Positions 53,523 through 62,587 of a stretch of 64,000 bases of DNA are shown here, one piece after another. Origin of the DNA: Deltaproteobacteria bacterium. Its GTDB lineage: Bacteria; Myxococcota_A; Polyangia; Polyangiales; Houyiibacteriaceae. Location of the stretch: NCBI GenBank assembly GCA_034670305.1, contig JAXMNT010000020.1:32001-96000 (forward strand), read 5' to 3'. The position numbers were made by a program, and so were the translations under genes. Each line of letters opens with the position of its first letter. Positions within the stretch are counted from its first letter, which is position 1. The notes under the pieces are model-generated. The model searched no databases. It saw only the letters and a program-made list of their open reading frames with translations, and was not told where the DNA came from.

Positions 53523-54590
53523 TCAGGGGAGGTAGGGTCGGACGTCGTCCGATTCCACGAACTTGCGAAGCGCGGCCGCCACGACGGGGCTGGCGATCAT
53601 CTCGAGGAAGAGATCCTTCTCTCGGGCGAGCTCTGCGCGCGGCAACGGTTTGCTGAACGCTTTGGCCCGCGCGGTGGTCTCGGGATCGAAGCGCGCGGCT
53701 TGTTCGGCGACCTTGCGCGCGACGCCGAGCGCTTTGCCCCGGCCGACGAGCTGGCTGACGAGCCCGACTTCATGCGCGCGTTTCGCGGAGATGCTCCGGC
53801 CCGTGAGAAGCACGTCTCGGACAACCGCATTGCCGACGTCGCGGCGCAGGCGCGGGATGCCGCCGAAGCCGGGCACGAGCCCGAGGCGCAACTCCGGGAA
53901 CGCGAACCGGGTGCTCTTGTCGGCGACGATCACATCGCAGGTGAGCGCGAGCTCGAACCCGCCGCCAAAGACGAACCCGTGGGTCGCCGCGATGGTGGTG
54001 ATGGGCGCCATGTCGAAGGTGTCGAAGACCGCGTGGATGCGATCGATGAACCCGCGGACCTCGTGCGCCGTGCGAAGTCGTCCGAGCAGCCCGCCTTCGT
54101 CGGCGCGGGCCAAGAGGCCCTCGTGCAGCTCGCGCAGATCGGCGCCGGCGCAGAAGCCGCGGTCAACCGACGAGTAGAAGATCAACGCGCGCGCCCCAAC
54201 CGCGCCAGCGCGCACCAGCGTGGCGAGCAGTTCGAGTTCCGCGAGCGCGGTCGTGCCGATCTCGTTGCAGGGCGTCCGGCAGAGATCGACCTCGAGCGCG
54301 TCGCCCCGCAGCGACCACCGCATCGCGCGGCCGATGAAGTCGGTCGGCGGCACGTCGAGCCGCACCGCGGGACGCGGCGCGCCGTCGAGAAGCGCACCAG
54401 CGAAGGGCGCCAGGTCACGCACGAGACGCGTCGCACGTTTGGCCACGCCGGTGCGCAGCAGCCGGGCTTGCCACGCGCCGAGACGCGTCGAGAGCGGCAC
54501 CACATTCGGTGTGGCCGGTCCAGCGACGGTGCGCTCGGGTGCGGCGGTGGCGGATGTGCCGACGCCGTTCTGGGTGACGTGCTCCGTCAC
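53523..54590 (-). CDS. Enoyl-CoA hydratase/isomerase family protein with N-terminal extension
   Basis: FCAGADL, GGGFELAL.CD, FPELRLGLVPG.GG; GTGA overlap. Confidence 0.88.
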   Translation of the reverse strand: MTEHVTQNGVGTSATAAPERTVAGPATPNVVPLSTRLGAWQARLLRTGVAKRATRLVRDLAPFAGALLDGAPRPAVRLDVPPTDFIGRAMRWSLRGDALEVDLCRTPCNEIGTTALAELELLATLVRAGAVGARALIFYSSVDRGFCAGADLRELHEGLLARADEGGLLGRLRTAHEVRGFIDRIHAVFDTFDMAPITTIAATHGFVFGGGFELALTCDVIVADKSTRFAFPELRLGLVPGFGGIPRLRRDVGNAVVRDVLLTGRSISAKRAHEVGLVSQLVGRGKALGVARKVAEQAARFDPETTARAKAFSKPLPRAELAREKDLFLEMIASPVVAAALRKFVESDDVRPYLP

Positions 54591-56422
54591 GCGCGCGCCT
54601 CGGCGGACGCCTTCGGCGCGTCGCTGCTGGTGCCGGCGTTGCGTTTGGCCCGCACCCGCTCGACGAGTGCGACGACCGCAGGTGCCAGGGAAGGCAGGTG
54701 TTGCCACGGGTCGCCCGCGGTTCCATCGGCGAGGGTTTCGCCGAGCTCGGGTCGGAACGGAAACTCCGGGTGATGCCGGCGCACGTAGTCGACGAGGATC
54801 ATGCCCATCTCGCCCATGCGCTCGAGGTTCTGGTAGACGCAGTCGTCGATCCCAGCGCGAATCACGTCGCGCTCCGACGTGAGGCGCACCAGCACGTCGT
54901 AGAGGTGCTGCTCGAGTTCTGGATCGTCGGTCTGGAGCGCGAGGCCCGGCGTGCCGCGATCGATCATCAAGTTCTGGATGCGCTCGTCCATCGTGACGCC
55001 GGCCGAGATGACCCCGCCGGCCATGGTCATCACGCACGCGTGGTAGCGGCTCGAGACCATGAAGGTCGACTGGCGCATGGCGCTGACCATCGCGTACATG
55101 TCGTGGTCGTCGCTCACGATGATCGGGAACCCGTTCTCGCGAACCGCTTCGGGCAACTTCTCCCAGGCGGGTGTGCCTTCCAGGCGCTCGATCAACTTCT
55201 CGTTGAGCGCTTCGGCCGCGAACCGGTCGAGCTGCTCGCTGCCGAAGAGGCACGGAAGCACCTGATGAGTCTCGAGCAGCCGCGTGGTCGCTCCGGCGAA
55301 AGCGTCCAGGTACCGGTCCTGGGCGTCGGTGACGTCGGTGCCTTCTTCATGGAAGTACACGCTGCCGTAGTGGCTGTCGTCGTAGAGCCCGCTGAACGAG
55401 TTCATCGCGGCGCGGGTGACGTTCGGCTTCACCGGCCACCAGAACGGGTTGATCGGACAGAGCGCGAGGATCTCCATCTCTCCATCCCAGCCCGCGTCCA
55501 TGAGGATGCGGCGGCCAACTTCCGGGTCGGCCGGATCGAAGGTCCACGCGGTGTCGGTGCCCGAACGCGACGCGACGCCGAGTTTGCCGAGCACACCCTT
55601 GCTGGCTTCGTTCCGCGCGATGATGAGGGCGTCCTGGCAGTAGCGGCGCACGAGGTCGGCGAGCGAGTCGTCCATCTTGCCGGCTTCGCCGCCGTAGCCG
55701 ACCGCGAGTTTGCCCTCGGCGGCTGCAAGGCCGATCGCGCCGACCATCATGGTGCTCAGCGCGTTGGCGAACTTGCTCTTGAACATCGATCCCTCACACG
55801 CGATGACCGCGTGCGCTTCGTGGATCGTGTCGAAGAGGAAGCGCGGGAACACCTTCGGCATGTGGAGCTGCCGAACGGTGCGGAAGTACCCGCGGGTGAG
55901 CTCCGGATCGAGCGTGTAGATCGAGAGCTCGACGTGGTCGTCGCCGAAGAGGTGGCGGAACTGCCGAATCATCTCTTCGACCCGCACATCGGCCCCGGTG
56001 TTCCGCGTGCCGCTGTAGCCCGCGAGCAGAAGTCGAAGCGGTTCGCCCGGTGCCCATTGCGCGCCGGGATCGAGCGCGTAGCGGCTCGCCGCCAGCTCGA
56101 TGAACCCGCTCATGGCGACCATCAACGCGCGGTCCGCGTCGAAGTAGCCCTTCACCTTCTCTTTGCCGGCTTCGAAGATGTCCTTGAACACGCCGCGCAG
56201 CTTCTCGGCGTCGCGTGCTTCGGCCTTCTCTCCAAGATCCTCGACGAAGGTCTTCATCTCCGCCCAGGTCTTCGGCAGCACGTCCGAAGGCTTCTCGGAG
56301 CCGTTCGCATCCGACTGGGCCATCGCGGCCGCCGGGGTCTCCACGGGATCCTTCTTCGGGCGCCAGACCTTGACGCGACGTTTGTCGCGCGGGGTGAACT
56401 GCGGTTTGGACTTTCGTTTCAC
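54587..56422 (-). CDS. Polysaccharide pyruvyl transferase family protein
   Basis: LLAGYSG.RNTGAD, ARNEAS, TDTAW, VSSRYHA; GTGA overlap. Confidence 0.72.
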   Translation of the reverse strand: MKRKSKPQFTPRDKRRVKVWRPKKDPVETPAAAMAQSDANGSEKPSDVLPKTWAEMKTFVEDLGEKAEARDAEKLRGVFKDIFEAGKEKVKGYFDADRALMVAMSGFIELAASRYALDPGAQWAPGEPLRLLLAGYSGTRNTGADVRVEEMIRQFRHLFGDDHVELSIYTLDPELTRGYFRTVRQLHMPKVFPRFLFDTIHEAHAVIACEGSMFKSKFANALSTMMVGAIGLAAAEGKLAVGYGGEAGKMDDSLADLVRRYCQDALIIARNEASKGVLGKLGVASRSGTDTAWTFDPADPEVGRRILMDAGWDGEMEILALCPINPFWWPVKPNVTRAAMNSFSGLYDDSHYGSVYFHEEGTDVTDAQDRYLDAFAGATTRLLETHQVLPCLFGSEQLDRFAAEALNEKLIERLEGTPAWEKLPEAVRENGFPIIVSDDHDMYAMVSAMRQSTFMVSSRYHACVMTMAGGVISAGVTMDERIQNLMIDRGTPGLALQTDDPELEQHLYDVLVRLTSERDVIRAGIDDCVYQNLERMGEMGMILVDYVRRHHPEFPFRPELGETLADGTAGDPWQHLPSLAPAVVALVERVRAKRNAGTSSDAPKASAEARA

Positions 56423-57573
56423 GCGTGCACTCCGCGAACGGGCACGCTCACGGGCCGGGCGGGCAGCGCTTCGTAGGGGAAGCGGTACTGGTGTCCGCGG
56501 CACCACTCGGCGAACTCGGGGCCGTAGTCGAGGAAACTCGCCGGGGCTTCGTTGATCTCGTCCACCGCGCGGTCGTTCACGAAGACCGTGTCGAACGTGA
56601 TGTAGGGGAGGAAGACTTTGAAGAGCGACCCGATGAAGGTGAGCGTGTTCTTCTGGGGCAGCCCCGCGATGAGATCGAACGCCATCTTCGTCGCGCCATG
56701 CAGCTGCGGGACCATCTTCGGCGGCCGGCGACCGAGCGTCGCCATGGCCTGCCCGAGCGCGTAGGCGCGCGGCGAACCGACGCCGGCTGCGAGGTGGTAG
56801 ATGTCGTGGGCGGGATCCGCCTTGCGGTGGATCTCGAAGATCGCTTTGCCGACCCAGTCCGCGTTCACGATGTCGACGCGGGCGTCCGGATGGATGGGGA
56901 ACACCGGGAGCTGAAACACGGTGTTGAACGCGCGCACCATCTCGAACTGGGTGCTGCGCGGATGGCGCGAGTCGCCCATCACGGTGCTCGGCCGGTAGAT
57001 GGTGGTGCGCACGTCGGGGAGCAGCTCCGCGATCATGTGTTCGCAGAACTTCTTGGTCCGCGCGTAGGGATCGTAGTCGGAGAGATCCCAGTCGAGCACT
57101 TCGTCTTCGACGAGCGTCGCGCCCTGGCGCTGTCCAGCGATCGCGGTGGTGCTCACGAACCCGAACCGGCGCAGCCCATGGTCCTCTTGGGCGAGGCGCG
57201 CGAGTTTGCACATCGCGAGCGTGCCCTTGAGGTTGTGGTTGAGACACGCCTTGCTGCTCTTGCGGTTGAGCGACGCGGCGATGTGCAGGATCGACTCACT
57301 CTCGCGCCAGACCTTCTCGTAGTCCGTCTCGCTCATGCCGAGCTTCGGCGAGGAGAGATCGCCGGAGACGATGTCGACGCGATCGACGAGCTGCCAGAAG
57401 GTGTTCGCGTCCTGGTGGACTTGAAGCGCGTTCCACAGCTTCTCGATGCCCTGCTCGCGGTTCGCGGCGCGGGTGAGTACCGAGATGCGCGCATCGGTCT
57501 CGCGCAGGTAGTGGTCGAGCACGTAGGAGCCGAGAAACCCCGTCGCTCCGGTGATGAAGATGCGTTCGCTCAT
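56419..57573 (-). CDS. Extended SDR (thioester-reductase-like)
   Basis: ITGATGFLG, ILHIAA, FVSTTA, YARTK, IYRPS.V.GD. Confidence 0.88.
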   Translation of the reverse strand: MSERIFITGATGFLGSYVLDHYLRETDARISVLTRAANREQGIEKLWNALQVHQDANTFWQLVDRVDIVSGDLSSPKLGMSETDYEKVWRESESILHIAASLNRKSSKACLNHNLKGTLAMCKLARLAQEDHGLRRFGFVSTTAIAGQRQGATLVEDEVLDWDLSDYDPYARTKKFCEHMIAELLPDVRTTIYRPSTVMGDSRHPRSTQFEMVRAFNTVFQLPVFPIHPDARVDIVNADWVGKAIFEIHRKADPAHDIYHLAAGVGSPRAYALGQAMATLGRRPPKMVPQLHGATKMAFDLIAGLPQKNTLTFIGSLFKVFLPYITFDTVFVNDRAVDEINEAPASFLDYGPEFAEWCRGHQYRFPYEALPARPVSVPVRGVHA

Positions 57574-57628
57574 GACACTTGTTCTCGAAGGGGAAAAAGG
57601 CCGACCGAGATCGGCGGTTTCGAATCGT

Positions 57629-59398
57629 TCAGCCTGCGACCGCGACGCGTTCGCCATCGGCGCCCACGTCTTCGGGTCGCACGATCGGCACTTCGCCGGT
57701 GCGCTGGCGGAGGTCCGGCTCGCTCGTCGGACGCGGAAGCGGCTCGTCGTCGGGGACCTTCTCACCGCGGAGCAGCGGAAGACTCCACAGGTCGAGTCCC
57801 GGCACCTGGATGTTGACCCAGTAGTGGCGCCAGCAGATCGCCGGTACATCGAACCCGAAGAGCACGCGCTCTTCGTCGCTCAGACGTTCGTCTTCTTCCG
57901 CGAGATGATCGGTGAGGAAGGTGTAGTTCAGGTCCCAGATGAAGGGGCGGTACTGCCGAAGCATCTCGTCGACCTGACCAAGTTTCCGATCAGCGGTCCG
58001 GCACTTCATGGAGAAGCTGCGGAGATCCGCGTCGACGCGCTCACCGTCGATGCGGTCGTAGAGTTTGGGCGAGAGGTTCTTGGACAGGTCGAACTCGCGC
58101 AAGAACGAGCGGGTGGCGCGTGCGACCAAGCGCATCCGGCGGAAGCCGAGCACTTGTTCCCGGTCCACGTCTTCGACGCAGTGCGAGTCGAGTCGCGCGA
58201 GCACATTGCGCTCCCAGCTGTCTTCGCTCTTGCGGTGGATGCGGCGAAGCGCGATGCCGCTCATGTCGACCGCACGCTCGTAGGTGAACGGGTTCATGTG
58301 GCTCGAGGCACACTGGTAGACGGGCCGCGCCGAGTCGGTGAGCGCGGCGGCCACCACCACCATCATCGCGCGCGAGACGGTGTCGACCGGCACGATGTCG
58401 AAGTGGTTCGAGGCCTTCGCCGGGAAGCGCTGAAAGCTCGTGCCCAGCAGCCAGATGATCGGCCCCGACGTGTTGATGCCTTCGTTCCACCCGACGAAGG
58501 GGTAGTTCTGGGCGCACTCCACGATGGCCGGGCGGAAGGTGGTCGTGACGACGTCTTCGCGGCCTTCGAGCAAGTGCTCGGAGAGGCCCTTCGTGTAGGT
58601 GTAGATGTTGGGCCAGCCGAGCGCTTGCCCGCGCGCCATGGCGAAGTCCACCCGGTCCGACTTCTTGTCGAGGCCGACGAGTCCGGCTTCGAGGGCCGCG
58701 AGTTCCTCTTCGGGATCGAACACGACGCCGGTGGGCCCGACGCCGACTTCGATCGACTCCGGGATCTCGTCGTTGCGCAGCCCGGCGACGAAGGTCGTCG
58801 ACACGTGTACGTAGCGGCCCGAGGGCGAGAGCGCCGCAAGATCGGCCGCGTGGCGTGCGCCGTGAATGTTCGCGTCGATGGCGTGGCGCGGATCCGGCTC
58901 GAAGTCGGTGAGCCCGGCGAAGTGCACCACCGCGTCCACGTCCTTCATGAGCTCGGCGGCCGCGTCCGGGTCGAGACCGCAGAGCGGCTCCACCAGTCGG
59001 GCGTCGAGCACGTCGACCTTCTCCGCCATGATCGTCCACAGCTCGGAGCCGTACTTGGCGCGGAGCGGTCGCAGGGCCGGGGAGCTCTCGACGATCCAGT
59101 CGAAGCGGGCGCGGGCGTCTTCGCCCTTCTTGCCACGCACGACGACGGTCAGGCGCCCCACGTCCTCGACATGGTCGAGCAACATGGTCATCCAGACCTT
59201 GCCGAGGAAACCGGTCACGCCGGTCACCAGCAGATGTTTGCCGCGGTAGGCATCGCGAATCTCGAGCGCACCTCGCTCGTCCGCGGAGACCACGATTCCG
59301 GCATGTGCGCCGTTCTTCGCGCCGTTGCGCCGGATCCCGCTCTTCTGCATGCCGTTTTTCTTCACGCCGTTGCCATTCGTTCCCATCGATCCACTCAC
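57629..59398 (-). CDS. Fatty acyl-CoA/ACP reductase (FAR, male-sterility type)
   Basis: TGVTGFLGKV, HVSTTFV, GWPNIYTYTK, RPAIVE, GWNEG, FDV..ICW..Y; GTGA overlap (alternative ATG 59386). Confidence 0.9.
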   Translation of the reverse strand: MSGSMGTNGNGVKKNGMQKSGIRRNGAKNGAHAGIVVSADERGALEIRDAYRGKHLLVTGVTGFLGKVWMTMLLDHVEDVGRLTVVVRGKKGEDARARFDWIVESSPALRPLRAKYGSELWTIMAEKVDVLDARLVEPLCGLDPDAAAELMKDVDAVVHFAGLTDFEPDPRHAIDANIHGARHAADLAALSPSGRYVHVSTTFVAGLRNDEIPESIEVGVGPTGVVFDPEEELAALEAGLVGLDKKSDRVDFAMARGQALGWPNIYTYTKGLSEHLLEGREDVVTTTFRPAIVECAQNYPFVGWNEGINTSGPIIWLLGTSFQRFPAKASNHFDIVPVDTVSRAMMVVVAAALTDSARPVYQCASSHMNPFTYERAVDMSGIALRRIHRKSEDSWERNVLARLDSHCVEDVDREQVLGFRRMRLVARATRSFLREFDLSKNLSPKLYDRIDGERVDADLRSFSMKCRTADRKLGQVDEMLRQYRPFIWDLNYTFLTDHLAEEDERLSDEERVLFGFDVPAICWRHYWVNIQVPGLDLWSLPLLRGEKVPDDEPLPRPTSEPDLRQRTGEVPIVRPEDVGADGERVAVAG

Positions 59399-60057
59399 TT
59401 CTCGACCACCGGCCAGTCGTGATCCTTCGCGAGCCGGCGCAACGTGCGATCCGGGTTCACCGCGCAAGGTTGTCCAATCGCGCTCAAGAGAAGACTGTCC
59501 GCGCCACACGCGCCGTACGCCCAGGAGGCGCCAAGATCGATGCCGTGTTCGGACGCAAAGCTGCGCGCCCATTGACCGGCGATGTTCCCACCGATGACCG
59601 GATCCTCGAGCCGGCCGGTGGCCTTGCTCTTCCGCATCTCCAGCTGGTTGCAGATGAGGTCGTCCGCGCCGAGCAGCTCCGCCAGCGGTCCGACGATGAG
59701 TTCGATGTTGTCGCTGATGAGCACGATGCGGCGGTTCTGCTTGCGGGCTTGCTTCACGAGCTCCTTGCCCACGTCGAGCACGTCGTCCTTCAGGTACTTC
59801 TCGAAGTACTCCTCGCCGAGCAGCGTCAGCCGGTCTTCGCTCATGCCCCGCACACCCATCCAGGTCAGGCGGGTGCCACTGGCACCGGATTGCAGCCCAA
59901 GCATCGAAAAGGGTGCCGCGAGCGCGACGTTGCCGAGCCGGGCGACCCGTTCCCCGAGCCCTTGGGCGTTGGAGGCGAGCCACGCGGCCGCCGCGAGGGT
60001 CGACCGTTCGATCAGGGTGCCTTCGACTCGAAAGAAGGCGGCGGTTGGATTGCTCAT
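59395..60057 (-). CDS. HAD-IB family protein with degenerate catalytic motifs
   Basis: AAFFRVEGTL (normally FFDxDGTL), LGAD....N.L, DL..SWAYGACGAD, AVNPD..L. Confidence 0.85.
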   Translation of the reverse strand: MSNPTAAFFRVEGTLIERSTLAAAAWLASNAQGLGERVARLGNVALAAPFSMLGLQSGASGTRLTWMGVRGMSEDRLTLLGEEYFEKYLKDDVLDVGKELVKQARKQNRRIVLISDNIELIVGPLAELLGADDLICNQLEMRKSKATGRLEDPVIGGNIAGQWARSFASEHGIDLGASWAYGACGADSLLLSAIGQPCAVNPDRTLRRLAKDHDWPVVEK

Positions 60058-60141
60058 GATGCTGAAAACACTCGGGCGAAGGGGACCTCGATCGCCTGCC
60101 TCACCGGAGCGCAGGACACATCGAGCATCGATCGCGACACG

Positions 60142-60216
60142 ACTAGACTGACGTGTCAGTTTTTCGGGGGCCCGAGGAACCCGGCGTTTGTAGCTCAACT
60201 AGACTGACGTGTCAGT
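60142..60216. promoter_or_regulatory. Two identical 19-bp boxes ACTAGACTGACGTGTCAGT with 6-2-6 palindrome; candidate TetR operators
   Basis: Exact copies at 60142-60160 and 60198-60216 upstream of the lipid operon. Confidence 0.8.
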
Positions 60217-60268
60217 GAACTTGTCGCCGAACCGTGAGAGAGGCCTCACACGACGGCAAAAAACGCAA

Positions 60269-60287
60269 CCATATCGTCACGATATGG
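60269..60287. promoter_or_regulatory. 9-1-9 palindrome CCATATCGT-C-ACGATATGG
   Basis: Perfect AT-rich dyad upstream of the lipid operon. Confidence 0.55.
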
Positions 60288-60369
60288 CGATTGGGTGCCC
60301 GGGATCAGGCGGCTTTTGGTCCGCCGACCGTGAACGGGCTTCACGATCCACCAGCCTGCGTTCGGGCAT

Positions 60370-60951
60370 CTACGACTGAACGATCCGGTCGCGCAGCACC
60401 GGACCGGTGACCACACCCACCACCAGCCCCACCGACACGCCCTTGAGCAGCTCCAGCGCGAAGACCGCAAACGAGAACGGGCCCCAGATCAGTTGGGAGA
60501 GCAGTGCGCTGACGAGCAAGCCGCTCGACCAAGCGAGTGCGTTCCAAAACATCCACGGCAGCCGATCCAGCTTTGGGTTCGCCTGCGCTTGGAAGAGCCC
60601 GACCAGCGCACCCACCACCACCCCGCCGATCGCAGAGCCGCCGAGCATCAGCCCGAGCGTGGGCGGTGCCGCGGGTTCGAAGAAACTCAGGAGCCCGCCG
60701 CCAAGCCACGCGAGCGACAGCCCGGTGCCGGTCGCGACCACCCACCGTTTCGGCGAACCCACCACGCCCGTGGCCTTGGATTGGAAGCCGCCAACGATCG
60801 CGCCTTCCACGAACCCGAGCACCGGCATCAAGGCGACGAGCGCCCAGCCGCCTTCCGGCGCCAACCGGGAGACGAGCATGCCAAGGACGGCCAGCACCCC
60901 GAGTGCCACCCCTTCCCCCAACACACACGCCAGAATCCAACGCCGGATCAC
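60370..60951 (-). CDS. Gly-rich multi-pass membrane protein
   Basis: About 6 hydrophobic segments with G.EGA.VG..Q / W..AT..G repeats. Confidence 0.75.
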   Translation of the reverse strand: MIRRWILACVLGEGVALGVLAVLGMLVSRLAPEGGWALVALMPVLGFVEGAIVGGFQSKATGVVGSPKRWVVATGTGLSLAWLGGGLLSFFEPAAPPTLGLMLGGSAIGGVVVGALVGLFQAQANPKLDRLPWMFWNALAWSSGLLVSALLSQLIWGPFSFAVFALELLKGVSVGLVVGVVTGPVLRDRIVQS

Positions 60952-61145
60952 CGCGCCGGACTAGCACACCCGCCCACGTCCACTCAGGGGAAGTTGACCA
61001 CGTCCACCGGCGCGGTTTGCAGCGTGGCGGGTCCCCAAACCCACCAAGCCAAACGTCGTCGCATCCGGCCAGGATGGGCGAAGCCCCCTCGGCCCCGGTG
61101 TCCGAACCTGAGCACCCGGTGGCACGATCTGAACAGGGCGCCCGC

Positions 61146-62285
61146 TCAGCGGCGCCGAGCGGCCTGACGGGTGGCGCGCACCGTGCGGCGGCGGAAGTGT
61201 CGCAAGGCGCGCCTCGTCGAGGCGTCGGTGGGTGCCGCGAGCAGGGAGAGCACGTAGCTGCGTTCGGCTTCGACCGGATCCGAACGCTCCTGACGCTCCG
61301 CCTGGGTCCGCAGCGCAACCGCAGCCAGCGCGAGGCTCGCGACTCCGTCGGGCGTCGAGGAGAGCGCGACGCTGTCCGCCGTCGGGACCGCGAAGGCGAC
61401 GCCGGTGCTCACACTTCGCGGATGGCCCTCGTGCCCTTGCACGACCTGACCCTCGTGCCGGGGCTGGAAACCCCGCGGCAGCGCGACCCAGCGGAGCGAG
61501 TGGCCGAAGTCCATGCGCGCGTCGCCTGGCTCGGAGACGACGCTGCCGGTCCATCGCAGAAGCGCCTGCCGTCGCTCACCACGGGCCGGAGTGGCCGGAG
61601 AAGCAAAGAGGTCGACTTCGATCGCGTAGGGGAGGTACGCGAGCGGGTGGTCGCCCTCCATGTAGTAGCCCGAGTCGTCGTACTCGGAGCGACCGAGGTT
61701 CACACGCTCACGCATCACCTCGTGCCAGCGTCCGCGGTGCACGACCTCGACCTTCAGCAGGGCGACGAACTGCTCCATGACGCGGATCGACGCGCGGAAT
61801 TGATCGCGGGCCAGCGGATGTGCGGGCGCGAGCCCGGCGGCCTGCCCCGAGTCGGTGCCGAACGGTTCGGGTTCCTCGGTCGCCGTCTCGTAGCCGTCGG
61901 CGGGAGTGCCGCACGACGACCCGACGGTGGGCGTGGCGGAGTGGCGATCGAAGCAGGTGGTCGGGGCGGCTTGCCCGACCTGGTACATCTCGTCGACCGA
62001 GTAGAGTTCGCACCCGAACCGCTGGTAGTGCACGAGCAGCCGCGTGCCGTCGCTCGACCAGCCCACCGGCGCGCGGTCGGACGTCTGCTCGCAGCACGCG
62101 CACGCGTTCGCCTCACTGGCCGAGAGCAAGAGCAGCGCGCCCACAAGCACCGCAACGATCGTGGCCCACCCACTCGTCCCGGGGACGCGCGAAGCAGCGG
62201 GGGTGCGCCAGACTTCGGACTCGTCGGGTTGGGCGGTGCGGCAAGCGGTCCAGAGAAGTTGCGGCGGGTTCATGCGCAGGTGCAT
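61146..62285 (-). CDS. Hypothetical exported protein
   Basis: Hydrophobic segment then ANA-CACC; TACGGT 7 nt before ATG; start uncertain. Confidence 0.55.
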   Translation of the reverse strand: MHLRMNPPQLLWTACRTAQPDESEVWRTPAASRVPGTSGWATIVAVLVGALLLLSASEANACACCEQTSDRAPVGWSSDGTRLLVHYQRFGCELYSVDEMYQVGQAAPTTCFDRHSATPTVGSSCGTPADGYETATEEPEPFGTDSGQAAGLAPAHPLARDQFRASIRVMEQFVALLKVEVVHRGRWHEVMRERVNLGRSEYDDSGYYMEGDHPLAYLPYAIEVDLFASPATPARGERRQALLRWTGSVVSEPGDARMDFGHSLRWVALPRGFQPRHEGQVVQGHEGHPRSVSTGVAFAVPTADSVALSSTPDGVASLALAAVALRTQAERQERSDPVEAERSYVLSLLAAPTDASTRRALRHFRRRTVRATRQAARRR

Positions 62286-62461
62286 CGCAACCACCGTACC
62301 ATCGCAAAACCCGCGAAAACCGCCGCGACGGCTCTGGCGCACGTGGCGTCACGGACACGGCGCGCGTGGGCGCGCGACCACAGCAGCTGCGGTTGTGGGG
62401 CCACGACGGCCACGACGGCCAAGCGCTGTTGTGGGATACTCGCCGCGTGGACCTCGACGAA

Positions 62462-62514
62462 TGTCTTGCGTCTGCCTCGATATTTCTTGGGGGCACAGCC
62501 CCAAGAAATATCGA
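62462..62514. repeat. Mosaic: 23 bp identical to 13063-13085 overlapping a 16-bp-arm palindrome made of the REP-unit end
   Basis: TGTCTTGCGTCTGCCTCGATATT; TCGATATTTCTTGGGG-GCACAG-CCCCAAGAAATATCGA. Confidence 0.88.
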
Positions 62515-62587
62515 ACGGGCTCTCGCCCACCTCGAGCAGGTCGTCGCGATGCTCGTCGCGCTGATCAAGCGATCTGACCGCTGATCC

